Below the pieces are notes generated by a model. That model ran no database searches, had not been told where the DNA came from, and saw only the letters and a program-made list of their open reading frames with translations. DNA of 64,000 nt from Firmicutes bacterium UBA3936 (GTDB lineage Bacteria > Bacillota > Dethiobacteria > Dethiobacterales > Dethiobacteraceae): the NCBI GenBank assembly GCA_002385745.1, contig DGEC01000041.1, positions 14,172-78,171 on the forward strand, written 5' to 3'. This document shows, in pieces, positions 27,009-35,941 of this stretch. Each line of letters starts with the position of its first letter. The stretch's first letter is position 1. The position numbers and the translations under genes were made by a program.

Positions 27009-27632
27009 CTAACTGCCTTCACATAGTTCCAGGAGCAGCCGGGCTACATTTGTTTTTGTCACCCGTCCCACTACCTTAAAACTGTGGTTGTCAATAATTT
27101 TCACAACCGGCAGGGAATCAACTTCATATTCACAGATTCGCTTCACAACATCCAGCATGGTTTCATCTTCAGTGACCATATGAATCTGTGACATTCGGGT
27201 CATTATGACACCTACCGGCATTCTATGCAGGTCAGCACCACCTAATGCCGACTTAAGGAAATCTTTCCTGGAAACCACTCCCTGCAGAAAACCGTTCTCG
27301 TCCACCACATACAGCGTCCCCACATCCTCCAAAAACAGCGTCACTATGGCATCATACACTGAAGTCTGTTCCCTGATAACAATAGGGCGGCTTTTTATGT
27401 CCTTCACCTGGTAGCGCTGCAGGATTTCCGATACCCCGGTTAACATATTCCCCACATAGAAATAACCGACCCGGGGCCGCGCATCAATTAAACCGGATGT
27501 TGTCAGGACTGCCAGATGCGGTCGTAAAGCAGCCCGGGAAAGATTAAGCCGGGCTGCTATTTCCTCTCCGGAGATGGGTCCGTCGGCCTTTACTATTTCC
27601 AGTATCTCCTTTTGCCTAGCATTCAGTTTGAT
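27009..27632 (-). CDS. ccpN: CcpN-type transcriptional repressor (HTH + two CBS domains), apparent non-canonical AUC start
   Basis: The track gives only 27009-27455. The same frame stays open upstream to a TAA at 27651-27653 and encodes IKLNARQKEILEIVKADGPISGEEIAARLNLSRAALRPHLAVLTTSGLIDARPRVGYFYVG, the CcpN HTH. GGAGGGG lies 6-8 nt before ATC 27632. There is no ATG, GTG or TTG in this stretch. Confidence 0.75.
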   Translation of the reverse strand: MKLNARQKEILEIVKADGPISGEEIAARLNLSRAALRPHLAVLTTSGLIDARPRVGYFYVGNMLTGVSEILQRYQVKDIKSRPIVIREQTSVYDAIVTLFLEDVGTLYVVDENGFLQGVVSRKDFLKSALGGADLHRMPVGVIMTRMSQIHMVTEDETMLDVVKRICEYEVDSLPVVKIIDNHSFKVVGRVTKTNVARLLLELCEGS

Positions 27633-27658
27633 GTTTGACCCCTCCTAATATTTAATAA

Positions 27659-27705
27659 ATAGTATACACTATATCTGAAAAAAATCTCTTATAGTATATA
27701 CTATA
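27659..27705. promoter_or_regulatory. two AT-rich palindromes (operator candidates) upstream of ccpN
   Basis: ATAGTATACACTAT (27659-27672) and the perfect 16-bp palindrome TATAGTATATACTATA (27690-27705). The centres are 32 bp apart. Confidence 0.35.
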
Positions 27706-27713
27706 TGGGCAAT

Positions 27714-29819
27714 TTATTTCCTGCCCTTGTTCTGATTTTTTTCCTGGACAATTCTGGAGAGGTCACCAAGATACAGGAATAATTCCCTGACAAAAACCAG
27801 CAAGGCAAGGCGGTTATTCCGGATAGCAGCATCATCAGTCATAACCATTACCTCGTCAAAAAAGCGTTCTATAGGCATAAACAGGGGCGCAAGTGCAGTA
27901 AATACTTTTTCATACTGCCTGCCTACAACACCTTCTTTCACTGCCGCCTCCGCCACCCGGGCCGCAGCATAAAGCTCCCTTTCAGCGGCAGTTGTGAAAA
28001 GACCGGGATCTACCGCGGCAGGCTTTTGGCCGCGGGTAAGATTGGCGGCACGGGTAAAGGGTGTCAGAAGCCTGTCCAATTCCGGAGAGTCCAGTTTGGA
28101 CTGCAGCAGGAAGGCGCTGCCCCGTATACCGGGCAAATCCCTTATTTTGCCTTTCAGTACAGCATCAATAACATCATAGCGAATCTGCTGTTCCGAGAGG
28201 CTGTGCTGCACTCTCTGCAGCAGGAAGTCCTCCATCCGGCGGGCTGTCTCCGCAAAATCTCCATCAAGTTCAGCTTTTAAGCCTTCCAGGGCTATTTCAC
28301 AAAGGCGTCCGAGAGGAACGGTCAGCTTGTGCAGTGAAAGTGCCGCAACCACTCCCGCCGCTCCGCGCCGCAGGGCATAGGGATCCTGCGAGCCTGAGGG
28401 CAAAAGTCCAAGGCCGAAGCAGGCTGCCAGGGTATCCATCTTGTCGGCAATGGCCACCAGCGCGCCGGGCAGCGACCGGGCAGGCTCGTCGCCGGCAAAG
28501 CGCGGTGCATAATGCTCGTGGACAGCAACGGCCACCTCTTCGCTTTCACCGCTGCGCAGGGCATAGTGCATACCCATGGTACCCTGCAGTTCAGGAAACT
28601 CAGATACCATGCCTGTCATCAGGTCGGCCTTGGCAAGATATGCGGCCCTAGCTGCCGTTTCGCGGACGCCGGCGGGCAGCTGCAGTTCCCGGGAAAGCAG
28701 CTCGACAAAAGCAACCAGCCGCTCGGTTTTCCGTTTCATCGTCCCCACCGGCTCCAAAAAAACAATTTTATCAAGCTTATCCACATAATCAGCAAGCGGC
28801 TGCTTGCTGTCTTCGTTGAAGAAAAAGCGGGCATCGGCCAGGCGGGCGCGCAGCACCCGCTCATTTCCGGCCTGCACATTCTGCAGGTAAGCATCATCTG
28901 TACCGTTGCAGACAGTGATAAAGTACGGCATTATCTCCCCGTCAGCATTGAAAACGGGGAAATAACGCTGGTGGATGCGCATAACGGTAATCAGCACTTC
29001 TTGCGGCAGCTCCAGGTACTCGCGTGAAAACTCTCCCGTCACAGCCTTCGGGTATTCCACCAGGTTTACCACTTCTTCCAACAGGCCGGCATCAAAGACA
29101 GTCCGGCCGCCAAGCTTCTCCGCCGCTTTCTCAACCTGCAGGACTATCTGTTTTTCCCTTTCCTGCGGGTCAGCAATCACAAAGCTCCTTTTTAATATTT
29201 CCGGGTAAAGAGAGGCTTCCTCTATCTCCACCGCTTCCGGAGCCAGAAAACGGTGCCCGCGGGTTTTATTCCCGGAATTGAGGCCGGCAAAGGAAAAGGC
29301 AACCGTTTCTTCCCCCCACAAAGCCGCAAGCCAGCGGATTGGGCGGGCAAACCGGACATCTTTGTCATGCCAAAACATCGGCTTTGGAAATGACAAACTG
29401 CCAATCAGCCGCCGGCAAAGTATAGGCAACAGCTCCCCGATCCTTTTGCCTTCTTCTTTCCGGACGGCAAAAACATAAGCAGTTCCGTTCACATCTTCAG
29501 TAAGAAGCTCCGAGACGTCAACTCCCTGGGAGCGGGCAAAGCCATAAGCCGCTTTTGTAGGGGTGCCGTCTGCCTGGAAGGCCGCTTTTGCCGCCGGGCC
29601 TTTCTTTTTTTCCACCAGCTCCTGCTGCCTGCCGGCAAGCCCTTCCACCAGCAGCGCCAGCCGGCGCGGGGTGCCGAAAACTTTAATTTCATCATATGAA
29701 AGGCGGGCGGCCCCGAGCTCCCGGGCAGCCGCTTCCCGCAACTGTGCAAGGGCGGGATTCATGAAGCGGGCCGGGATTTCTTCCGTCCCGATTTCCAATA
29801 GAAAAGCTTTTTTAGCCAT
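27714..29819 (-). CDS. glyS: glycine--tRNA ligase beta subunit
   Basis: Track ORF 27714-29915. The start is moved to ATG 29819 ([19 protein letters not shown]), overlapping the glyQ stop by 8 nt. Confidence 0.9.
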   Translation of the reverse strand: MAKKAFLLEIGTEEIPARFMNPALAQLREAAARELGAARLSYDEIKVFGTPRRLALLVEGLAGRQQELVEKKKGPAAKAAFQADGTPTKAAYGFARSQGVDVSELLTEDVNGTAYVFAVRKEEGKRIGELLPILCRRLIGSLSFPKPMFWHDKDVRFARPIRWLAALWGEETVAFSFAGLNSGNKTRGHRFLAPEAVEIEEASLYPEILKRSFVIADPQEREKQIVLQVEKAAEKLGGRTVFDAGLLEEVVNLVEYPKAVTGEFSREYLELPQEVLITVMRIHQRYFPVFNADGEIMPYFITVCNGTDDAYLQNVQAGNERVLRARLADARFFFNEDSKQPLADYVDKLDKIVFLEPVGTMKRKTERLVAFVELLSRELQLPAGVRETAARAAYLAKADLMTGMVSEFPELQGTMGMHYALRSGESEEVAVAVHEHYAPRFAGDEPARSLPGALVAIADKMDTLAACFGLGLLPSGSQDPYALRRGAAGVVAALSLHKLTVPLGRLCEIALEGLKAELDGDFAETARRMEDFLLQRVQHSLSEQQIRYDVIDAVLKGKIRDLPGIRGSAFLLQSKLDSPELDRLLTPFTRAANLTRGQKPAAVDPGLFTTAAERELYAAARVAEAAVKEGVVGRQYEKVFTALAPLFMPIERFFDEVMVMTDDAAIRNNRLALLVFVRELFLYLGDLSRIVQEKNQNKGRK

Positions 29820-30705
29820 TATAATCACCCCTTCTCCCGGGCAACAAAGGATAGCCCATTTCTTCCCTCTGCTGCAGGTATTGCTGCGCCGCAAGGCGTG
29901 AAAGATTGCGGACACGGCCGATATAGGCCGTTCTTTCCGCTACACTGAGTGCGCCCCGGGCATCAAGAAGGTTAAAAATATGGGAACATTTCAGGACCTG
30001 ATCATAGCCGGGCAGCACAAGGCCTTCTGCGAGCAGCCGTCCGGCCTCCTTTTCATGCGTGGCAAAAAGGCTAAACAGCATTTCAGTATCTGCCGCCTGA
30101 AAGCTGTAAAGGGAATGCTCCACTTCAGCCCGGTGGAAAAGCTCCCCGTAGGTAACAACACCTTCAGCCCATTGCAGGTCAAAAACATTTTCCTTGTCCT
30201 GCAGGTACATGGCGATACGTTCCAGACCGTAGGTTATTTCCACTGACACAAGATCGACATCAATTCCCCCCACCTGCTGAAAATAGGTAAACTGGGTTAT
30301 TTCCATGCCATCCAGCCACACTTCCCAGCCCAGTCCCCATGCTCCCAGGGTCGGGGACTCCCAGTTGTCCTCGACAAAACGGATATCATGCTCCCGGGGC
30401 ACAATGCCCAGCTCCTGCAGGCTGTCCAGATAAAGCTGCTGGATCTCCGCCGGCGGCGGTTTTATAATCACCTGGAACTGGTGATGCTGGTAAAGGCGGT
30501 TGGGGTTCTCCCCATACCTCCCGTCCGTGGGGCGACGGGAAGGCTCAACGTAGGCGACGGCCCAGGGTTCAGGCCCCAGGGCCCTTAAGAAGGTGGCCGG
30601 ATTCATTGTGCCGGCGCCCTTTTCCACATCATAGGGATTTGCCAGTACACAGTGATGGCGAGCCCAATAATTCTGGAGTTTGAAGATCATTGTCTGCAGG
30701 TCCAT
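29812..30705 (-). CDS. glyQ: glycine--tRNA ligase alpha subunit
   Basis: 297 aa. [41 protein letters not shown] is a typical GlyQ N-terminus. Confidence 0.95.
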   Translation of the reverse strand: MDLQTMIFKLQNYWARHHCVLANPYDVEKGAGTMNPATFLRALGPEPWAVAYVEPSRRPTDGRYGENPNRLYQHHQFQVIIKPPPAEIQQLYLDSLQELGIVPREHDIRFVEDNWESPTLGAWGLGWEVWLDGMEITQFTYFQQVGGIDVDLVSVEITYGLERIAMYLQDKENVFDLQWAEGVVTYGELFHRAEVEHSLYSFQAADTEMLFSLFATHEKEAGRLLAEGLVLPGYDQVLKCSHIFNLLDARGALSVAERTAYIGRVRNLSRLAAQQYLQQREEMGYPLLPGRRGDYNG

Positions 30706-30721
30706 CTCATCGCCTCCATCC

Positions 30722-30930
30722 AGTTTTTTTAGATAAGTAAAAGGAGCTTCTGTCCCATAGGGACGGGAAGCTCCCGCGGTTCCACCCTATTTGGCATGCC
30801 AGGCATGCCCACTTGTTTGCTGCCGTTTCAACTGAAGCGCCCTTCCGCCGCTTATCCACGCCGGGCTTCCACCGTACCCCGGTTCGCTGTCTGGTTCACG
30901 ACATACTCCTCTTCAAACGGTAGTTTTTTA
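30722..30930 (-). promoter_or_regulatory. T-box leader (glycine specifier GGC) with terminator/antiterminator
   Basis: The minus strand has a stem I region with AGAGGAG..GAACC, and a GGC triplet in GAAACGGCAGC (30822-30824). The T-box sequence AATAGGGTGGAACCGCGGGAGC is at 30770-30792. The terminator GGAGCTTCCCGTCCC...GGGACAGAAGCTCC is followed by TTTT. Confidence 0.85.
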
Positions 30931-30982
30931 GTTTGTCATTAATCTAACAAAAACAAGGGCTTTCGTCAAGTCAAATATTTTT

Positions 30983-31411
30983 TTAAGTTTCTGCCCATTC
31001 TTCAGCATAACGGGACAGGGTTTCCGCTTCCCTGCCGCCCGCTTCCAGGGTATAGTGCGCGAGCAGCAGGGCTACGGCCCCGATGGCAGTGGCCCGGGGA
31101 GCAAAAAGAGCGCCGGCTATGGCAAGGACCGCGGGAAATTCCAGCAGCACCCCATCTTCACCGCGCACCCGGACACTGGTTTTAACACCTTTTTGCCACA
31201 TCTTTTTGAACGGTTCTGCCACACTGCCTGACATGGCATCTTTGACCTTTTCAGCCTGCTTGTTCATAATACCGCCGTTACCCTCCTGTTCATGAATATC
31301 CAGTGCCAAAGTGACATCTCCGTCGGCTTCCTCCAGCAGTTTTCGCGCTTCCTGGTAGTTGAGGCCGGTTCGCTTGCGGATCAAATCGATTTTCTGAAGG
31401 GTTATATCCAT
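30983..31411 (-). CDS. DUF4342-like protein with N-terminal UBA/EF-Ts-N-like helix bundle
   Basis: 142 aa. MDITLQKIDLIRKRTGLNYQEARKLLEEADGDVTLALDI, then VRVRGEDGVLLEFPAVLAIAGALFAP. Confidence 0.55.
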   Translation of the reverse strand: MDITLQKIDLIRKRTGLNYQEARKLLEEADGDVTLALDIHEQEGNGGIMNKQAEKVKDAMSGSVAEPFKKMWQKGVKTSVRVRGEDGVLLEFPAVLAIAGALFAPRATAIGAVALLLAHYTLEAGGREAETLSRYAEEWAET

Positions 31412-31469
31412 TTCTGCCCTCCTTTGGTGTTGCGTATGTTAAATCTATTTTGCGTTAAGAAGGGCAAAA

Positions 31470-32222
31470 TTATTTCGGCGGTGAAAAAGCAGCGAGCTGT
31501 TGCAAAAAATCCAGGGATTTAAGCCTGTCAATTCCCAAAGCATGACTGAAAAGGCCGCTGCAAACCTGTCTGATTTCTTTGTTTTCCCGCCCGGGAAGGC
31601 GACAGACAGACAATTTATAAAAGCCCAGTTTAAGGAAACGTCTCATAAACGCAAGGGCCGACGCACTGAGAGGAAAACTGCCGTGCGGCCGGGGGCAGCC
31701 GGTACAAAGCAGGCTCCCTCCTGCCGGATCGAAATAAAAGGGGCCTTCTTTACTGCCGCAGCTGCTGCAAGCCTCCAAAGCCGGACGCAAGCCCAGTTCC
31801 TCCAGTAAGTTAAGCTCAAAACAGCGGGCAACCCGGGCCGGACAAGCGTCTTTCTCCAGGTTCTCCAAAGCGGCAAGCAAAAGCAGAAATATTTTTTCCG
31901 CCGGTTCCCCCTCCGGCAGGCTGTGCTCGCACAATTCACAGAAATACTGGGCATAAGCCAGCTTTTCCAGATCCCTTTTCAGCCCGGAATAGGACTTAAT
32001 GAGTTCTCCCTGGATGAAAATATAAAAGGTTTTCCCCGGCTTTAAAAGAAAATGCCCCAGATTCAGCGGTTCAACCAGTGAGACAAACCTGCTTTTTGTT
32101 TTGCGGCTTCCCCGGGCCACCGCCTTTATTTTGCCTGCCTGCGGCAGCAAAAGAGTCAGCAGCTTGTCGGCTTCCCCCAGGTTGCCGGTTCGCAGGATAA
32201 TTGCCCGGCTGCGCAGTTCCAT
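31470..32222 (-). CDS. recO: DNA repair protein RecO
   Basis: 250 aa. OB-fold N-terminus, CxxC...CxxC zinc motif (CSSCGS...CTGC), and synteny after era. Confidence 0.85.
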   Translation of the reverse strand: MELRSRAIILRTGNLGEADKLLTLLLPQAGKIKAVARGSRKTKSRFVSLVEPLNLGHFLLKPGKTFYIFIQGELIKSYSGLKRDLEKLAYAQYFCELCEHSLPEGEPAEKIFLLLLAALENLEKDACPARVARCFELNLLEELGLRPALEACSSCGSKEGPFYFDPAGGSLLCTGCPRPHGSFPLSASALAFMRRFLKLGFYKLSVCRLPGRENKEIRQVCSGLFSHALGIDRLKSLDFLQQLAAFSPPK

Positions 32223-32234
32223 AAAATTACCCCT

Positions 32235-33125
32235 CTAGTTCAGGTCCAGGCCAAATGACGGCCACAGACCCTCCTTATTTCTCCAGTCCGGTTTTACCTT
32301 CACCCACAACTGCAAAAAAACGGCGCTGCCCAAAAGCCCCTCAATATCTTCTCTGGCCAGTTGTCCTATTTCCTTGAGCATACTGCCGTTTTTCCCGATT
32401 ACAATGCCCTTTTGTGAATCTTTTTCCACATAAATGTTGGCATGAATATCAATCAGCTCCCGGTCAGGTCTTTTGGCCAGTTCAGTTATTTCCACAGCCA
32501 CCGCATGAGGAATCTCCTCCCGTGTCAGCCGGAGGATTTTTTCCCGGATCAGTTCTGCAACAATAAAACGTTCCGGCTGATCCGTTACCATATCTGCGGG
32601 ATAATAAAGCGGCCCCTCCGGAATAAACCGCAGAACCTGCGACAGCAGCTGCTCTTTGTTGGCTCCTGTCAGGGCCGAGAGGCAAAGAGCGGCGGCAAAG
32701 GGGTAGAAGGTACAGTAATGGGCGATTATTTCCTGCGCCTTTCCCGCCCCGGCGGCATCTGCTTTGTTGGCAACCAGTATCACAGGTGTTTTAATATCCT
32801 GCAGCTCTCCGATTATATATTCATCCCCCCTGCCGGGACCGGCCGCCGCATCCACCAGGAACAAAATCACATCAACTTCCTGCAAAGTGCGCAAAGCCAG
32901 GCTCACCATTTTTTCGCCCAGCTTGTGCCGGGGCTTATGAACTCCCGGTGTATCGAGGAATATCAGCTGGTAAGAATCCGTTGTCAGTATGCCGCGTATC
33001 TGGTTCCTGGTAGTCTGCGGCTTGTCGGAAATTATGGCCGCTTTGGAGCCGATAAGGGTGTTCATAAGTGTTGACTTGCCCACATTGGGCCTGCCAAGCA
33101 AAGCAACAAAACCGGAACGGAACAT
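32235..33125 (-). CDS. era: GTPase Era
   Basis: GRPNVGKST, DTPG, NKAD, and a C-terminal KH domain. Confidence 0.95.
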   Translation of the reverse strand: MFRSGFVALLGRPNVGKSTLMNTLIGSKAAIISDKPQTTRNQIRGILTTDSYQLIFLDTPGVHKPRHKLGEKMVSLALRTLQEVDVILFLVDAAAGPGRGDEYIIGELQDIKTPVILVANKADAAGAGKAQEIIAHYCTFYPFAAALCLSALTGANKEQLLSQVLRFIPEGPLYYPADMVTDQPERFIVAELIREKILRLTREEIPHAVAVEITELAKRPDRELIDIHANIYVEKDSQKGIVIGKNGSMLKEIGQLAREDIEGLLGSAVFLQLWVKVKPDWRNKEGLWPSFGLDLN

Positions 33126-33214
33126 TAACTTCTTTCACCTCGGGTTTATTATTTCTCCTTCCCGCCGGAGAAACCTTTCCGGTGCGACTTTACGGCAGCT
33201 GCAAGCCCTTGCCG

Positions 33215-33243
33215 TTGACGCTCCTGTCATAATTAACTATAAT
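33215..33243 (+). promoter_or_regulatory. near-consensus sigma-A promoter for the small plus-strand gene
   Basis: TTGACG-17 nt-TATAAT. The -10 box overlaps the track's ATG 33242, which argues for the downstream TTG start. Confidence 0.55.
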
Positions 33244-33274
33244 GAAAACAGGAAAAACAGGGGGTAATACTGTT

Positions 33275-33478
33275 TTGCCGGGCAAAGAAAAAAAACGAAG
33301 CGAAGAAACAAAAAAACTGAAGGCCGCAGGCAACAAAGCCCTGCTTTTTAACATACTTTTCTTCATCGTTGTTATAGCCGCCCTTTTGCTGTCGCCTGTT
33401 ATCGGTTTTCTCTGGAGTATTATTATAGTAACCGTTGTTTTTGTGATTATGATTTTCTCTATCTACTACAAAAAATAG
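33275..33478 (+). CDS. small (67 aa) Lys-rich two-TM membrane protein, unknown function
   Basis: Track ORF 33242-33478. The start is placed at in-frame TTG 33275 after AGGGGG. Product: ...KEKKRSEETKKLKAAGNKALLFNILFFIVVIAALLLSPVIGFLWSIIIVTVVFVIMIFSIYYKK. It has its own promoter and terminator. Confidence 0.5.
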   Translation: MPGKEKKRSEETKKLKAAGNKALLFNILFFIVVIAALLLSPVIGFLWSIIIVTVVFVIMIFSIYYKK

Positions 33479-33507
33479 CATACGAAACATCAAATGTACA
33501 GTAAATG

Positions 33508-33535
33508 GCCCTAACCTAACCGGTTAGGGCTTTTT
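33508..33535 (+). terminator. rho-independent terminator for the small plus-strand gene
   Basis: GCCCTAACC-taacc-GGTTAGGGC followed by TTTTT. The U-tract exists only in the plus orientation. Confidence 0.75.
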
Positions 33536-33944
33536 ATGTCGTTTGCGCCTCCGCGCTGAAAGCGGCAAAGGGCTCGGGCAGCAGTTCCGGCAGGCTGTAA
33601 ACCCGCCTGTTCCCCTGCAGGTCGGCACAGACAATCCACATTTCCGGATTAAACTCGTACAGTACCTGCCGGCAGGCCCCACAGGGCACCGGCGGTTCGC
33701 TGCCGTCGGCAAGCAGGACTATGCCTTTAATCCTGCGCTTTCCGGCAGCCACTGCGGAAAAGACAGCCACCCGTTCAGCACACATGGTAAGCCCAAAGGA
33801 AACATTCTCCACGTTGCAGCCCGCAAATATTTCCCCTTCCGCCAGGACCGCCGCCCCGACAGGATAGCGGGAATACGGGGCATATGCCTCTCTGCGGGCC
33901 GCCGCTGCCCTGGCAAGCATTTTTTCAACCACTGTCCTATCCAT
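33534..33944 (-). CDS. cdd: cytidine deaminase
   Basis: 136 aa. CAERVAVFSAVA and PCGACRQVL zinc-ligand motifs. Confidence 0.9.
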   Translation of the reverse strand: MDRTVVEKMLARAAAARREAYAPYSRYPVGAAVLAEGEIFAGCNVENVSFGLTMCAERVAVFSAVAAGKRRIKGIVLLADGSEPPVPCGACRQVLYEFNPEMWIVCADLQGNRRVYSLPELLPEPFAAFSAEAQTT

Positions 33945-33954
33945 TTTATCACCC

Positions 33955-35010
33955 CTAGCGCGGAATGAAAGCAGGCAGTGTCAGGTTTTCCACCCGGTCA
34001 ATTTCTATTGTCACCTGGCGGGATATTTCCAGGGTAATACGCATTATATCAAGCCCGCTTTCCAAAACTTCGGGATCTCCGATGGCGGTAATAACTACCG
34101 GGTTTACGGAAATACGTTCGTCATTGACAAGAATAGAGGGTCCTACACAGCGAATAGCGCTGGTTGCAGTCAGGCGCTGATTACCCACAGCCACGCCGCT
34201 GGCTCCGGCAGCAAAAAGCTCGTTTACCATATCACGGACATCTGTGTCATGAATTATGGTATCGCTGGTGTAGCCGTTTTCCGCATCATAAATCCGGACG
34301 ATAATTCCCGGACCGGTCATTTCGCCAAAACCTGCCTTGACCCGCAGGTCATGCAGGGAAACGCGCAGGGTGTCTATTTCCTTTGTCAGGGTACGGATCT
34401 GTTCCATTAAGTTTACCGGCTGCATTAACTGGCCGTGCCCGTTTTCCACCTCAATTTCGACATCCAAATCCTGCATCAGTTCACCAGGAATAATCGTTTC
34501 GCTGATATTCTCAATCGTTTGCGGAGTTAAAAAACCGTCCGGTTCAACTTTTACGCCTTCCTCCCGCAGCAATCTGACGGTTAGTTTTAGTTTATCATAA
34601 CCTGTCACGGCCTTTACATTTTCGTCCTGATTAACCAGGGACAAAACTTTCTCCCTTTGCTTGGTCTGGTATTCCTGCAGGATGATTTCCTGAGTACGGG
34701 AGCCATGAACCAAAATAGCCCTGTTTATTTCATCTCCGCTGGCAGCCAGTTCGATTTCATAATTAAAGCGGGAAAGGGCTTCATGCACCAGGGCACGGGA
34801 ATCAACCTCAAGGTTCTTTGCCAGCCGTCTGTTGTATTCCACGAGACTTTTCGCCATATCCTTTTTTGCTTCCATGTTTTCGCTACCGGAAGCAAAGTTA
34901 TGGTATAGAAAGTAAAAGCCGAAAATAACAAGTGCAATATTAACCAGGATTAAAAGAACAAGTAACAGCGTCTTTTTATCTGTAGCTGCCGCCGATGACG
35001 ATCTTGGCAT
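33955..35010 (-). CDS. DUF881 (YlxW/YlxX-like) membrane-anchored protein with long N-terminal coiled region
   Basis: N-terminal TM. C-terminal GPGIIVRIYD...DVRDMVNELFAAGASGVAVGNQRL...ITAIGDPEVL is typical of DUF881. Confidence 0.65.
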   Translation of the reverse strand: MPRSSSAAATDKKTLLLVLLILVNIALVIFGFYFLYHNFASGSENMEAKKDMAKSLVEYNRRLAKNLEVDSRALVHEALSRFNYEIELAASGDEINRAILVHGSRTQEIILQEYQTKQREKVLSLVNQDENVKAVTGYDKLKLTVRLLREEGVKVEPDGFLTPQTIENISETIIPGELMQDLDVEIEVENGHGQLMQPVNLMEQIRTLTKEIDTLRVSLHDLRVKAGFGEMTGPGIIVRIYDAENGYTSDTIIHDTDVRDMVNELFAAGASGVAVGNQRLTATSAIRCVGPSILVNDERISVNPVVITAIGDPEVLESGLDIMRITLEISRQVTIEIDRVENLTLPAFIPR

Positions 35011-35112
35011 TTACGGTTCCCCCTCCATTTATCTAAAACTGCTTGCTGGGCCCCTTCCAAATTATCGGATCGCAGTTAATTATTGATTATAAAAATATTT
35101 TATAATAAGGCA

Positions 35113-35490
35113 CTAAAGTTTGGGAAGTATCTTTGGCAAAAAAATTACCAGGCCAACAATTACAGCGTATAATGCCGCCAGCAAAGCCGCACCTGCAGCA
35201 GCATTCTTAGCCAGGCGGGCAAGAGGATGGTATTCATCCGTAAAAAGGTCAACAACCCTTTCCAGGGAAGTATTCATCATTTCCATTGTCATTACCAGAA
35301 AGATTGCTGAAAGCAAAAAAAGCCATTCAAACCTGTCAAATTGGCAGTACAATCCCAGGAGCACCACCACTGCCGCAGCTGCCACGTGAAAACGCATATT
35401 GCGCTCACTGCGCCAGGCATCAGCCAAACCGTTAAGCGCAAAACGAAGGCTTTCCCGGAAATTCTTACTTTTCCTCATGTGGTGCATCAA
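35113..35490 (-). CDS. dgkA: diacylglycerol/undecaprenol kinase DgkA
   Basis: FRESLRFALNGLADAWRSERNMRFH and EMMNTSLERVVDL motifs. The start is ambiguous (TTG 35490 or ATG 35487/35478). Confidence 0.85.
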   Translation of the reverse strand: MMHHMRKSKNFRESLRFALNGLADAWRSERNMRFHVAAAAVVVLLGLYCQFDRFEWLFLLSAIFLVMTMEMMNTSLERVVDLFTDEYHPLARLAKNAAAGAALLAALYAVIVGLVIFLPKILPKL

Positions 35491-35941
35491 GCCTCACTCC
35501 CGCCATATGCAGCAATTTCTCTTCCGCAGACCGCATTTCCTGCTCTTCCTTTTGGTTTTTATGGTCATACCCCAGCAAATGCAGTAAGCCATGAGTAAAA
35601 AGGCGCAGTACTTCCTCTTCGGTATTCCAGCCGTACTCCATAGCCTGCCGGGCTGCGCTATCCAGGGAAATAACGATATCCCCAAGCAAAAGTTCCTCTG
35701 CCGTTATATCCGGTTCTTCTTCATCCAGAAGAGGGAAAGACAGCACATCGGTCGGTTTGTCCTCGCTGCGCCAGGATTTATTCAGCTCCTGAATCATTTT
35801 ATCATCACACAAGAGCAGGCTGATTTCAGCTGCCAGGGAAATACCCGCCTTTTCCAGGGCTGTCGCGGCGATTTTCTCCATAACAGGCAATACTTGTACC
35901 GACAGCTTTCCGCCGGTCAGATCATTCATTAAGACCGGCAT
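35465..35941 (-). CDS. ybeY: rRNA maturation endoribonuclease YbeY
   Basis: HGLLHLLGYDH zinc motif. Confidence 0.9.
   Translation of the reverse strand: MPVLMNDLTGGKLSVQVLPVMEKIAATALEKAGISLAAEISLLLCDDKMIQELNKSWRSEDKPTDVLSFPLLDEEEPDITAEELLLGDIVISLDSAARQAMEYGWNTEEEVLRLFTHGLLHLLGYDHKNQKEEQEMRSAEEKLLHMAGVRLDAPHEEK

Noticed and set aside
27453-27455. GTG 27455 as the ccpN start (the ORF-track call).
   Set aside because: It would delete the whole N-terminal HTH, which is clearly encoded in frame upstream behind a strong SD.
33233-33493. 86-aa minus-strand ORF in the cdd-era gap.
   Set aside because: The translation is low-complexity (N/K/F-rich) and has no SD. The promoter and terminator orientation supports the overlapping plus-strand membrane-peptide ORF instead.
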